Assembly (NCBI GenBank): GCA_965369655.1
Contig: CBDUQR010000052.1
Span: forward strand, 1-17,195
DNA length: 17,195 nucleotides
Direction of reading: 5' to 3'
From: an uncultured bacterium
GTDB taxonomy: Bacteria; Zixibacteria; MSB-5A5; JAABVY01; JAHJOQ01
This document shows, piece after piece, positions 1 through 8,389 of this stretch. Position numbers and translations under genes: made by a program. The notes beneath the pieces were generated by a model. That model searched no databases. It worked only from the letters and a program-made list of their open reading frames with translations, and was not told where the DNA came from. Numbering within the stretch: position 1 is the stretch's first letter; the number at the start of each line of letters is the position of its first letter.

Positions 1-360
1 TGGCCGTCTATGGTCAAGATGATCGTGGCAGTTGCAGCGATTGTCATCTTGATTTATGTTTTCGCGATCCTGGCGAAGCGATTCTCACTTGGCAGATCGG
101 GCAAATTTGGCGGTGCTGGATCACTTCACATAATAGAGCGCAGCTATTTCTCTCCGAAGAAATTCATCTGTCTTGCGCGTGTGGGAGAGAAGGTTCTGCT
201 GCTCGGAGTCTCCGAATCGAGTATCAATCTCGTGGCGGATGTGAGCGACCAGGATTTCTCCATCGAAGACAAGAAGAAAGAGAAGAATCAGAGAACGTCA
301 TTCAAGACATATTTCCAGCAGGCCAAATCCGGCTTGTCGACACTGGTATCGAAAGTCTAA
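1..360 (+). CDS. fliO: Flagellar biosynthesis protein FliO/FliZ-like, probably 5'-truncated by the window edge (frame open from base 1; first ATG at 10)
   Basis: One TM segment followed by the FliO-type motif IIERSYFSPKKFICLARVGEKVLLLGVSESSINL; directly upstream of fliP. Confidence 0.85.
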   Translation, partial: WPSMVKMIVAVAAIVILIYVFAILAKRFSLGRSGKFGGAGSLHIIERSYFSPKKFICLARVGEKVLLLGVSESSINLVADVSDQDFSIEDKKKEKNQRTSFKTYFQQAKSGLSTLVSKV

Positions 361-373
361 TGACAATCGGCGC

Positions 374-1150
374 TTGGTTATGAAGCTGAGATTCTGCACA
401 AGCTCGTTGCTTGCATTGATTGCGATTTATGCTATTACGATGGCGGTTGTTCCGTCAGATCTCTCCGCTCAGGGCTTGCCGAAGATCTCTGTCGAGGTGA
501 CGGAATCGGATAATCCCCAGGACCTGTCGGTTACACTTCAGATAGTGCTTTTGATGACAATCCTGACGCTTGCGCCGTCGATCATAATGATGCTGACATC
601 GTTCACGCGAATCGTTGTCATCCTCTCGTTTGTGCGCAGAGCGATCGGCACAGCCCAGATGCCGCCTGCGCAACTTATCGTCGGATTGTCGCTCGTGCTC
701 ACGATTTTTATCATGACGCCTGTGGTCGAGAAGGTCTACAAGGACGGAGTCAAGCCGTATATGGATGGTCAAATTTCGCAGGACGAAGCCTACGAACAGA
801 GCGTGAAGCCGATCAAGCAGTTTATGCTTAAGCAGGCGCGTGAGAAGGACATTGCTCTGTTTGTCAAATTCTCAGGCATAGAGAGGCCGAGCAATACAGA
901 TGAGATACCGCTGCACGTCCTGATCCCCGGATTTGTCATATCAGAATTGCGGATCGCATTTCAGGTAGCATTCGTCATATTCATACCATTCTTGATAATA
1001 GACATGGTTGTTGCATCGGTACTGATGTCGATGGGTATGATGATGCTTCCACCAGTCATGGTTGCGCTGCCGTTCAAGATACTTCTGTTCGTGCTTATCG
1101 ACGGGTGGTATTTGCTCGTCAGTTCCGTTGTTGCGAGTTTCTACACGTAG
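374..1150 (+). CDS. fliP: Flagellar type III export gate protein FliP (start TTG 374 or ATG 380)
   Basis: Motifs LTLAPSIIMMLTSFTRIVVILSFVRRAIGTAQMPP, ISELRIAFQ and MSMGMMMLPP..ALPFKILLFVLIDGW; N-terminal signal-like segment. Confidence 0.98.
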   Translation: MVMKLRFCTSSLLALIAIYAITMAVVPSDLSAQGLPKISVEVTESDNPQDLSVTLQIVLLMTILTLAPSIIMMLTSFTRIVVILSFVRRAIGTAQMPPAQLIVGLSLVLTIFIMTPVVEKVYKDGVKPYMDGQISQDEAYEQSVKPIKQFMLKQAREKDIALFVKFSGIERPSNTDEIPLHVLIPGFVISELRIAFQVAFVIFIPFLIIDMVVASVLMSMGMMMLPPVMVALPFKILLFVLIDGWYLLVSSVVASFYT

Positions 1151-1159
1151 GAGTAAAGG

Positions 1160-1429
1160 ATGACTACAGAATTCGTACTCGGACTCGGCCGTGAGGCGAT
1201 CACACTTGTGCTGCTCGTAGCAGCTCCAATGCTTGGTTTCGGGCTGGTAGTCGGTCTCGCAGTATCGATATTTCAGGCTGTCACGCAAGTCCACGAGATG
1301 ACGCTCACATTCATTCCGAAAATCGTAGCTGTATGTTTTGCTCTCATGGTGTTCCTTCCGTGGATGATAAGGATTGTCGTCGATTTCACGACCAGACTGT
1401 TCCAGGCGATACCACAAATAGCTTCGTAG
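1160..1429 (+). CDS. fliQ: Flagellar export gate protein FliQ
   Basis: 89 aa; VGLAVSIFQAVTQVHEMTLTFIPKI motif. Confidence 0.98.
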   Translation: MTTEFVLGLGREAITLVLLVAAPMLGFGLVVGLAVSIFQAVTQVHEMTLTFIPKIVAVCFALMVFLPWMIRIVVDFTTRLFQAIPQIAS

Positions 1430-1461
1430 TCAGTAGCGTTCCGATCATTTCTCCACATTGC

Positions 1462-1476
1462 AGGAAAAATATTCCT
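1462..1476. promoter_or_regulatory. Candidate upstream activator site for a sigma-54 enhancer-binding protein
   Basis: Dyad AGGAA-AAATA-TTCCT about 100 bp upstream of the -24/-12 motif. Short, so it could be chance. Confidence 0.3.
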
Positions 1477-1560
1477 CGTAGATTACGTTTTTCTCGATAA
1501 GGCCGCAGTTGAGATAACCTAACGTGTTGTCCCGCAGCGCGATTGCATGGGTGTGGCATC

Positions 1561-1576
1561 GGGCATAAGGTTTGCA
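1561..1576 (+). promoter_or_regulatory. Sigma-54 (RpoN) -24/-12 promoter upstream of fliR
   Basis: GGGCATAAGGTTTGCA gives GG(1562-63)-N10-GC(1574-75) in GGCA...TTGCA context, within the ~200-bp fliQ-fliR gap. Confidence 0.65.
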
Positions 1577-1627
1577 GAAGCTTTGTGGCAAGGAGATAGT
1601 GTATCCGCTATTGGCGGATTAATAATT

Positions 1628-2413
1628 ATGGAATCATTTCTTGATATTTCGCAGGAGCAACTCGAAGTGTTCCTGCTCAGCATGTTTCGTTCGGCTGGGT
1701 TGATGGCGACCGCGCCTATTTTCAGTCATTCCGCTCTGCCGCTTCAGTGGCGCTTTGGGTTCTCGATGATCCTGGCTCTGGTGACATTCCGCTTCATAGG
1801 TTTCGGTGATGCCGCCATGCCGTCGGGTCTGGTCGAGCTTCTCGGGGTCGGAGTGACCGAGTTCCTGCTTGGGGCGATGATCGGGTTCGTGTTCTACCTG
1901 CTTTTCATCGGTGTCCAGTTTGCGGGCGGCATTGTCGGGTTCCAGATTGGATTCGCTATCGTCAATGTGATCGATCCGGTGACATCGCAGAATGTATCGA
2001 TCATCGGACACTTCCAGTTTCTGATTGCGACATTGATTTTTCTCGTGATGGACGGACACCACATGATCATCTCGGCGGTCATCGACAGCTTCAAGCTCGT
2101 CCCGATAGCGACAGTCCGATTTCAATTGGCGAATGCCGATCAGATGATTCGCCTGAGCGCGGGAGTGTTAGTCATCGCTGTCAAGATAGCCAGTCCGGTT
2201 ATGCTCACGATAATACTCATTGACACTGCGCTCGGAATCCTGTCGAGGACTGTGCCGCAGATGAATATTTTCATAGTCGGTTTCCCCATAAAAATCATGG
2301 CGGGTCTGTTTATGGTCGGGGTTTCGCTCCCGATCATGGCATACGTCTTCAAGGGGAGCTTGCTCAAACTCCAGGACAGCCTTAGTGGCATCATCGTAAG
2401 CCTGGCGAGGTAA
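1628..2413 (+). CDS. fliR: Flagellar export gate protein FliR (start revised from 1547 to ATG 1628)
   Basis: Multi-TM protein with AGGIVGFQIGFAIVNVIDP, MDGHH and ALGILSRTVPQMNIFIVGFPIK motifs; about 261 aa from MESFLD fits FliR size. Confidence 0.97.
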   Translation: MESFLDISQEQLEVFLLSMFRSAGLMATAPIFSHSALPLQWRFGFSMILALVTFRFIGFGDAAMPSGLVELLGVGVTEFLLGAMIGFVFYLLFIGVQFAGGIVGFQIGFAIVNVIDPVTSQNVSIIGHFQFLIATLIFLVMDGHHMIISAVIDSFKLVPIATVRFQLANADQMIRLSAGVLVIAVKIASPVMLTIILIDTALGILSRTVPQMNIFIVGFPIKIMAGLFMVGVSLPIMAYVFKGSLLKLQDSLSGIIVSLAR

Positions 2414-2417
2414 CAGA

Positions 2418-3482
2418 GTGCCGGATAAACCAGCACAGGAGAAAACAGAGCCCGCAACTCCTCGAAAGCGACAGGAGGCCCGCAAAGAGGGTAAGGTTGC
2501 GAAATCGCAGGAACTCTCGTCTGTGATAATCCTGCTCGCCAGCATCGGCGCCATGTATTTCGTGATGCCGAGCAGCATCGAGTATATCAGCGAATTCGCG
2601 AGATGGCTGATAGCTAACGCGCCGGACCATGTCGTTACGCACGCGAATTTCTCGCTCTATTTCAAACATGCCATGATGACGTTTGTCATGGCTGCCGGGC
2701 CGATTGTCCTGGTTCTGGTCGTAGTCGGGATGGTCGCGAACCTTCTTCAGGTGGGCATAGTCTTCTCAGCGAAGCCGCTCGAACCGAAACTCGAAAAGAT
2801 CGATCCTATCAAAGGAGCCGCCAAACTGATCTCGGCACAGGCACTGTTCAGTCTGATAAAGGACATCGTCAAGATTGCTCTCATTTTCGTGGTTGGATAT
2901 TACGCCATCGCTTCAGAAGTGGCACAGGGCACGCTACTTCCGGAGTTGAGTGCACCTCAGATGCTCGGATTCATCGGCGCGGCGATGTTTCGTGTGGCGA
3001 TCAAGTGCAGCCTCGTGCTGATTATCATTGGAGCAATCGACTACGCATTCCAGAGATACCAGTATGAGAAACAGCTCAGAATGACAAAGCAGGAAATCAA
3101 AGATGAAATGAAGAACACGGAAGGCAATCCTCAGATAAAGGGACGCATCCGGCAGTTGCAGCGCGAACATGCTCAAAGTCGGATGATGGCCGATGTGCCG
3201 AAGGCCGACGTTGTGGTGACAAACCCGACGCATATCGCTGTGGCGATGTCATACGATGTTGAGAAGATGGATGCCCCGACGGTCGTTGCTATGGGGCAGA
3301 GGCTCATTGCGGAGCGGATCAAGGAGATTGCCTTGCAGCACGACATACCGATCGTCGAGAACAAGCCGCTCGCGAGATCTCTTTTCAAAGCCTGCGAAGT
3401 TGGCATGCAGATACCAGCAAGTCTGTTCAGGGCTGTGGCCGAAGTGCTCGCCTATGTCTATAAGCTGAAAGGCCAGGTGTAA
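2418..3482 (+). CDS. flhB: Flagellar export substrate-specificity switch FlhB
   Basis: EKTEPATPRKRQEARKEGKVAKS N-terminus, EGNPQIKGRIRQ, intact NPTH autocleavage motif, VPIVENKPLAR-like segment (IPIVENKPLAR). GTG start. Confidence 0.98.
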   Translation: MPDKPAQEKTEPATPRKRQEARKEGKVAKSQELSSVIILLASIGAMYFVMPSSIEYISEFARWLIANAPDHVVTHANFSLYFKHAMMTFVMAAGPIVLVLVVVGMVANLLQVGIVFSAKPLEPKLEKIDPIKGAAKLISAQALFSLIKDIVKIALIFVVGYYAIASEVAQGTLLPELSAPQMLGFIGAAMFRVAIKCSLVLIIIGAIDYAFQRYQYEKQLRMTKQEIKDEMKNTEGNPQIKGRIRQLQREHAQSRMMADVPKADVVVTNPTHIAVAMSYDVEKMDAPTVVAMGQRLIAERIKEIALQHDIPIVENKPLARSLFKACEVGMQIPASLFRAVAEVLAYVYKLKGQV

Positions 3483-5581
3483 TGCCAGAGACTTCGAAAG
3501 CATTGGGTCGAATCGGCAAGCAGTCCGACATATTCATGGCCCTGGCCGTAATCGGTATCCTGGTCGTGCTTGTGGTTCCGATACCACCGCAGTTTCTCGA
3601 TGTGCTGCTCGCCTTCAATATAGCGTTTGCGATTCTTATTCTGTTTACCACGCTATACATCACGAGGCCGCTCGAGTTCTCGGTGTTTCCGGGAATGCTG
3701 CTTGTTGTCACGCTAATGAGACTGTCTCTCAATGTGGCTTCTACACGACTCATTCTCGGCGAAGCGTACGCCGGTGAGATGATCAACGCATTCGGTAACT
3801 TCGTGGTAAAGGGCAACTATGTCGTAGGATTCATAATCTTCCTGATCCTGGTCGTCATCCAGTTCGTCGTCATCACCAAAGGCGCCGGACGAATCTCAGA
3901 AGTAGCAGCAAGATTTACACTCGACGCTATGCCCGGCAAACAGATGGCGATCGACGCGGATCTGAACGCCGGTCTGATATCCGAGGTCGATGCGAGATCC
4001 CGGCGCGATAGCATCTCGAAAGAGGCGGATTTCTACGGAGCAATGGACGGTGCCTCGAAATTTGTACGAGGCGATGCAATAGCCGGAATCCTGATAACGA
4101 TCATCAACGTCATCGGCGGATTCATTATTGGAGTCCTTCAGAAGGGTATGTCGCTGAGTGAAGCCCTGGCGACCTATACATTGCTGTCGGTCGGTGACGG
4201 TCTCGTATCACAGGTTCCGGCGCTGATCATAGCGACCTCGGCAGGTCTCCTTGTCACGCGCGCCGCTTCGTCATCGAATCTCGGCTCCGACATGACAGCT
4301 CAGTTGACGAACAAGCCGCGGGCAGTCCTGCTTGCATCGGCGATCCTGTTGGTATTTGCGTTCATGCCGGGCTTACCGTCGCTTCCATTCGGAATTCTCG
4401 GGATACTCGTCGGAGTGGCGGGAATAACTCTGGTTCGCACTCAGCGCGCGAGGGAAGAGAAAGCGCGCGGAGAGGCCGATGTCCAGCGCCCCGAGGGCGA
4501 AGAGACGCCGGAAGCGCAGGTGGAGGAATTCCTGAGACTCGACACGCTTGAACTGGAGATCGGATACGGGTTGATACCGCTGGTCGACGTCGAACAGGGT
4601 GGCGATCTGCTGTCGCGTGTCAGCATGATCCGCAAACAGCTCGCGCAGGAGATGGGTATCATCGTCCCGCCGATAAGGATACGCGATAACGTACAGTTGA
4701 AGCCGAATCAGTATGAGATAAAGCTCAAAGGCACAAAAATTGCTGAATATGAACTGATGGTCGATCACTTCCTCGCGATCAATCCGGGTAGTATCGATGA
4801 TGATCTCGATGGATTCAATACGGTCGATCCGGCATTCGGACTCAAGGCAAAGTGGATCATTTCGAACCTGAAGGAACTGGCCGAGATGAAGGGATTCACA
4901 GTTGTCGAGCCTGCCGCTGTGATCGCAACGCATCTTGCGGAAGTAGTCAAGACTCATTCTGCGGAGATTCTCACAAGGCAGGATGTGCAGAACCTGGTCG
5001 AGACTGTCAAGAAGGACTCGCCCGCGGCGGTAGAGGGAATCATACCTGACATCATCTCGCTGAGTATCATCCACAAGGTGCTTCAGAATCTGCTTTCGGA
5101 GAGAGTCCCGATCAGAGACTTGCAGTCGATCCTCGAAACGATGGCCGATTATGGAGAAGCTACGAAGGATCCTGATGTCCTGAGTGAATACTCGCGTCTC
5201 GCCCTGCGTCGCACGATTTCGAACATGCACATGAACAGCGACGGTAAGATCAATGTCTTTACGCTCGATCCCAGACTTGAGAGAATCCTGTCGGATTCGG
5301 TACAGGCACAGAAGACCGGATTGACATTTGTGTTGCCTCCTGAGATTTCGGAAGCGCTGCTCAAGAGAGTGACGGTTGAGGCTGAGAAACTCGCTGTCGG
5401 TGGGGAGACCCCGGTTGCGTTGGTGCCGGCCAATATCAGGCTGGCGTTGAGACGGCTGCTGAACTCAGTTCGTCCGCAAGTCTCGGTGCTATCATACAAC
5501 GAAATTATCCCTGACATAGAAGTTTATTCAGTTGCAATAATAGGATTAGGTGAAAATGCGGATCAGGAACTTTCAGGCTAA
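3482..5581 (+). CDS. flhA: Flagellar export apparatus protein FlhA
   Basis: FHIPEP motifs ISEVAARFTLDAMPGKQMAIDADL and DFYGAMDGASKFVRGD; 699 aa; ATG overlaps the flhB stop (TAATG). Confidence 0.99.
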   Translation: MPETSKALGRIGKQSDIFMALAVIGILVVLVVPIPPQFLDVLLAFNIAFAILILFTTLYITRPLEFSVFPGMLLVVTLMRLSLNVASTRLILGEAYAGEMINAFGNFVVKGNYVVGFIIFLILVVIQFVVITKGAGRISEVAARFTLDAMPGKQMAIDADLNAGLISEVDARSRRDSISKEADFYGAMDGASKFVRGDAIAGILITIINVIGGFIIGVLQKGMSLSEALATYTLLSVGDGLVSQVPALIIATSAGLLVTRAASSSNLGSDMTAQLTNKPRAVLLASAILLVFAFMPGLPSLPFGILGILVGVAGITLVRTQRAREEKARGEADVQRPEGEETPEAQVEEFLRLDTLELEIGYGLIPLVDVEQGGDLLSRVSMIRKQLAQEMGIIVPPIRIRDNVQLKPNQYEIKLKGTKIAEYELMVDHFLAINPGSIDDDLDGFNTVDPAFGLKAKWIISNLKELAEMKGFTVVEPAAVIATHLAEVVKTHSAEILTRQDVQNLVETVKKDSPAAVEGIIPDIISLSIIHKVLQNLLSERVPIRDLQSILETMADYGEATKDPDVLSEYSRLALRRTISNMHMNSDGKINVFTLDPRLERILSDSVQAQKTGLTFVLPPEISEALLKRVTVEAEKLAVGGETPVALVPANIRLALRRLLNSVRPQVSVLSYNEIIPDIEVYSVAIIGLGENADQELSG

Positions 5582-6638
5582 ATCAGTTTCGGAGGCCCTC
5601 AGGATGGTCAGGAAGGAACTCGGACCGGATGCGGTCATCCTCAAGACCACGCCGATGGATTCGAAGGGCAGCAGAATCGGCAAAAAGCTGTTTCAGGTGA
5701 CCGCCTGCATCGATGACGGTAGTCTCCATGCGAAGCGCGGGAGTGAACATCACACAGAAAAAGCGCGAGGCGTATCCTATTCGGATCTCGATGGAATCAA
5801 GGACGTGCTTCGGATTCTGCAGAAAGATGTCAGGTACCTCACGATGCTGAGCATGCCGTCGGGCAGAGATACTGGTCTCGACGACAAGCTCACATCCTGT
5901 TTCCACGATTTGACCGGCAGTGGAATCGATCCGGCGGAAATCGTGAGGATATTGAGAGAGGTTCAGGAGAGCGGAGTCGATGTCGCCGATGACGACATCG
6001 TCAGAAACGCGATTGCCGAGAACATGATCTCCAGCCTGACCGAACCGTTCGAGATCAAACAATATGCCGGAGGACCGAACAGTGTCGCGTTCGTGGGACC
6101 GCCCGGCGCTGGAAAGAGCTCTATGGCGGCGAAACTCGCATCTCACTTCGTAGTCGAGAAGAAGACTGCGGTGAAGCTCGTCAGTCTCGATGATTTCAGG
6201 CCTACCGCAGGAGATGAGTTGAAGAGATTCGCTGACGCCCTCGATGTGCCGTTCGCAGCGGAGGACTATGATCCAATCGGTGAAACGAAAGCGAGCGTGG
6301 TCCTGATAGACACGGCTGGAGTTCCCGTCGGAGCTGATTCTGAGCGGGACGAATTAAGATCGAAGCTCGACAAGTCAGGCGTTTCAGAAGTGCACCTGGT
6401 GCTTCCTGCATATTGTAGCGCGAATGACATGATCGACTGGTACGATTTCTATGTGCCGATCGGCTTGACTGCGGTGTCGATCGCATTTCTCGATCAGACG
6501 GCGAATTACGGTGCGGTCGTAAACCTGTCACTGGTTCGAGAAGCAAAGTTCTCGTACTTCTCGTTCGGACGTACATCATCGAAGAACCTTGAGAGCGCCG
6601 ATCCGGCGAAACTCGTCCGGCGAATGCTCGCGGTCTAA
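5556..6638 (+). CDS. flhF: FlhF-like SRP-family GTPase with degenerate motifs (start ATG 5556 or GTG 5550)
   Basis: N-terminus MRIRNFQAKSVSEALRMVRKELGPDAVILKT is typical of FlhF; G1 GPPGAGKS, G3 DTAG; sits between flhA and flhG. G4 reads AFLD rather than TKLD. Confidence 0.9.
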   Translation: MRIRNFQAKSVSEALRMVRKELGPDAVILKTTPMDSKGSRIGKKLFQVTACIDDGSLHAKRGSEHHTEKARGVSYSDLDGIKDVLRILQKDVRYLTMLSMPSGRDTGLDDKLTSCFHDLTGSGIDPAEIVRILREVQESGVDVADDDIVRNAIAENMISSLTEPFEIKQYAGGPNSVAFVGPPGAGKSSMAAKLASHFVVEKKTAVKLVSLDDFRPTAGDELKRFADALDVPFAAEDYDPIGETKASVVLIDTAGVPVGADSERDELRSKLDKSGVSEVHLVLPAYCSANDMIDWYDFYVPIGLTAVSIAFLDQTANYGAVVNLSLVREAKFSYFSFGRTSSKNLESADPAKLVRRMLAV

Positions 6639-6648
6639 GAGGATCACA

Positions 6649-7527
6649 ATGAGCAAGTTTGCAGAATTGAAAGATAAGCTGTCGAAACTCGAAAGGCCTT
6701 TCACGGTCGCTCTGACGTCCGGCAAGGGTGGGTCGGGCACGAGTTGGCTCTCTGCTTCACTCGCCGCCGATCTCGCATCACAGGGCGTCAGAACACTGCT
6801 CCTGGATGCGGACCTGGGGTTGGGCAATCAACATATTCTGGCTGGGCTGTCACCTGTGTTCAGTGTCGAGGATGTGCTTGACGGCGCGTGTGCGATTGAG
6901 GAGGCGACAATCGAACTCTCATCCAATCTGAGTCTTTTTCCAGCGCGATCCGGTCTCTCGGATGTCGAATTCATTCCGAGTCTGGAGATGAAGCAACTGG
7001 TCGGATCGCTCGCCTGGATAAGAAAGAATTTTGATATTGTAATCGTCGACGGCGGCGCGGGGATGTCGCAAAGGATCGCGACGGTGGCTGAGCTCACTGA
7101 CACTGTCCTGATAGTGACGACGCCGGATATTGCTGCCATAGCAGATTCATATGCCGTTGCGAAGTATCTCCTGCAGGGGAAATCAGTGTCGGAACTCGGG
7201 TTCGTCGTCAATCGTGCCGAGTCCGATGATGAGGGAAAGCGCACAGCGGAGAATCTTATCCAGATGACGACAAGATTCCTCGATTACGATGCGAAACTCA
7301 GCGTATACGTTCTGGAATCAGATGACTTCGTGATCGGCAAGACACTCCATGGAATACCCGATCCGGAATCCTGGAGCGAATCCTTGAGATCGGGGATACG
7401 GGCGGTCGCCGATGCAGTCGGTCAGACCATACCAGACGATCCAAGCCATTGGTCCGGAGCGCATTGGACTCCCACCCGGGCGATTTCGAAATTAAACAAT
7501 CAAATTAAACAATCAGATGATAGATGA
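6649..7527 (+). CDS. flhG: FlhG/FleN MinD-family protein with a degenerate Walker A (start revised to ATG 6649)
   Basis: VALTSGKGGSGTS, LLLDADLGLGN, IVTTPDIAAIADSYA and VVNRA motifs; GAGGA RBS before 6649; lies between flhF and fliA. Confidence 0.88.
   Translation: MSKFAELKDKLSKLERPFTVALTSGKGGSGTSWLSASLAADLASQGVRTLLLDADLGLGNQHILAGLSPVFSVEDVLDGACAIEEATIELSSNLSLFPARSGLSDVEFIPSLEMKQLVGSLAWIRKNFDIVIVDGGAGMSQRIATVAELTDTVLIVTTPDIAAIADSYAVAKYLLQGKSVSELGFVVNRAESDDEGKRTAENLIQMTTRFLDYDAKLSVYVLESDDFVIGKTLHGIPDPESWSESLRSGIRAVADAVGQTIPDDPSHWSGAHWTPTRAISKLNNQIKQSDDR
7489..7514 (+). repeat. Perfect 13-bp tandem duplication (AAATTAAACAATC)x2 in the 3' end of flhG
   Basis: Copies read directly at 7489-7501 and 7502-7514. 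Confidence 0.95.
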
Positions 7528-7533
7528 CGATAA
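7506..7533 (+). promoter_or_regulatory. Candidate sigma-28 promoter upstream of fliA (possible autoregulation)
   Basis: TAAA(7506-09)-N16-GACGATAA(7526-33) versus consensus TAAA-N15-GCCGATAA. Confidence 0.5.
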
Positions 7534-7611
7534 GATTAAGAGGGATTCGGGCACGCGGGACAAGTATGTCCATGCCGGGCCTGAACTTGAATCACCAAGG
7601 AAGGACTCTCT

Positions 7612-8373
7612 ATGAACGCGAAGGAGGAAATCTGGCAGGCGTATCGCCAGACGGGTGATCCGGTTGTCAGAGAAGAGCTTCTTACCAAGTATCTGCCTCT
7701 TGTGAAGAACGTCGCCGGACGTATGGCGATGGGCTTTCCCAAGTCGGTCGAGCTCTCGGACCTTGTCAACACCGGCGTTATTGGCCTGATAGAGGCCTTC
7801 GGCAATTTCGATCCAGAGAGAGGCGTGAAGTTTGAAACCTACGCGGTTCCTCGAATTCGCGGCGCGATTCTTGACGAACTCAGAGCGCTCGACTGGGTGC
7901 CGAGATCTACCCGTGCCAAGTCTCGCGAGATCGAACGCGCGCTGGTTTCCCTCGAAAACGATCTGGGTCGAACACCCAACAACGATGAGCTTGCGAAACA
8001 GCTCGACATGACGCTCGCCGAGTTGCATCGCGCGCTCAGCGATGTATCGAGTACGACGATCCTCTCGCTCGACGAGATGATCTACGGCGAGGAAGATAAT
8101 CGTCAGATCCCTCGGATAGAGACGATTGAAAACCACTCAAACGGCAGCATTATCGGCAGCATCGAGAAAGATGAACTCAGAGCCTATCTTGTTGTCGCGA
8201 TCGCAAACCTGACAGAGCAGGAGAAGCTTGTTATCGCGCTCTACTACTATGAGGAGTTGACTCTCAAGGAGATCGGCGAGGTTATGAGTATCTCGGAATC
8301 TCGCGTATCGCAGATTCATACGAAATCGATAATGAAGCTTCGAGGAATGGTGAGGGAGAAGTTCGGCCTTTAG
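7612..8373 (+). CDS. fliA: Flagellar sigma factor sigma-28 (FliA/WhiG/SigD family)
   Basis: GLIEAFGNFDPERGVKFETYAVPRIRGAILDELRALDWVPRS and the region-4 HTH LTLKEIGEVMSISESRVSQIH; AAGGA RBS. Confidence 0.98.
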   Translation: MNAKEEIWQAYRQTGDPVVREELLTKYLPLVKNVAGRMAMGFPKSVELSDLVNTGVIGLIEAFGNFDPERGVKFETYAVPRIRGAILDELRALDWVPRSTRAKSREIERALVSLENDLGRTPNNDELAKQLDMTLAELHRALSDVSSTTILSLDEMIYGEEDNRQIPRIETIENHSNGSIIGSIEKDELRAYLVVAIANLTEQEKLVIALYYYEELTLKEIGEVMSISESRVSQIHTKSIMKLRGMVREKFGL

Positions 8374-8389
8374 AGGATGATCGTGTGAG

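Noticed and set aside
1590-1622. AAGGAG followed by a 7-codon GTG uORF and an ATCCGC/GCGGAT hairpin before fliR
   Set aside because: The SD-GTG spacing is only 3 nt and the 6-bp stem is too short to support a regulatory claim.
1547-1627. 27-aa N-terminal extension of FliR in the ORF track
   Set aside because: It overlaps the sigma-54 motif and has no FliR character; ATG 1628 gives a normal-length protein.
1430-1627. Possible c-di-GMP riboswitch in the fliQ-fliR gap (also considered for 16568-16660)
   Set aside because: No GEMM-I hallmarks (GGCAAAC...GAAA...GACGCAAAG) are visible; an Rfam scan was not run.
4373-5230. 285-aa antisense ORF, and the many other minus-strand or alternate-frame ORFs across the cluster
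   Set aside because: They are shadows of well-supported plus-strand genes and have no recognisable motifs.
6589-6648. Upstream TTG start for flhG
   Set aside because: It overlaps flhF; ATG 6649 has a GAGGA RBS and normal spacing.
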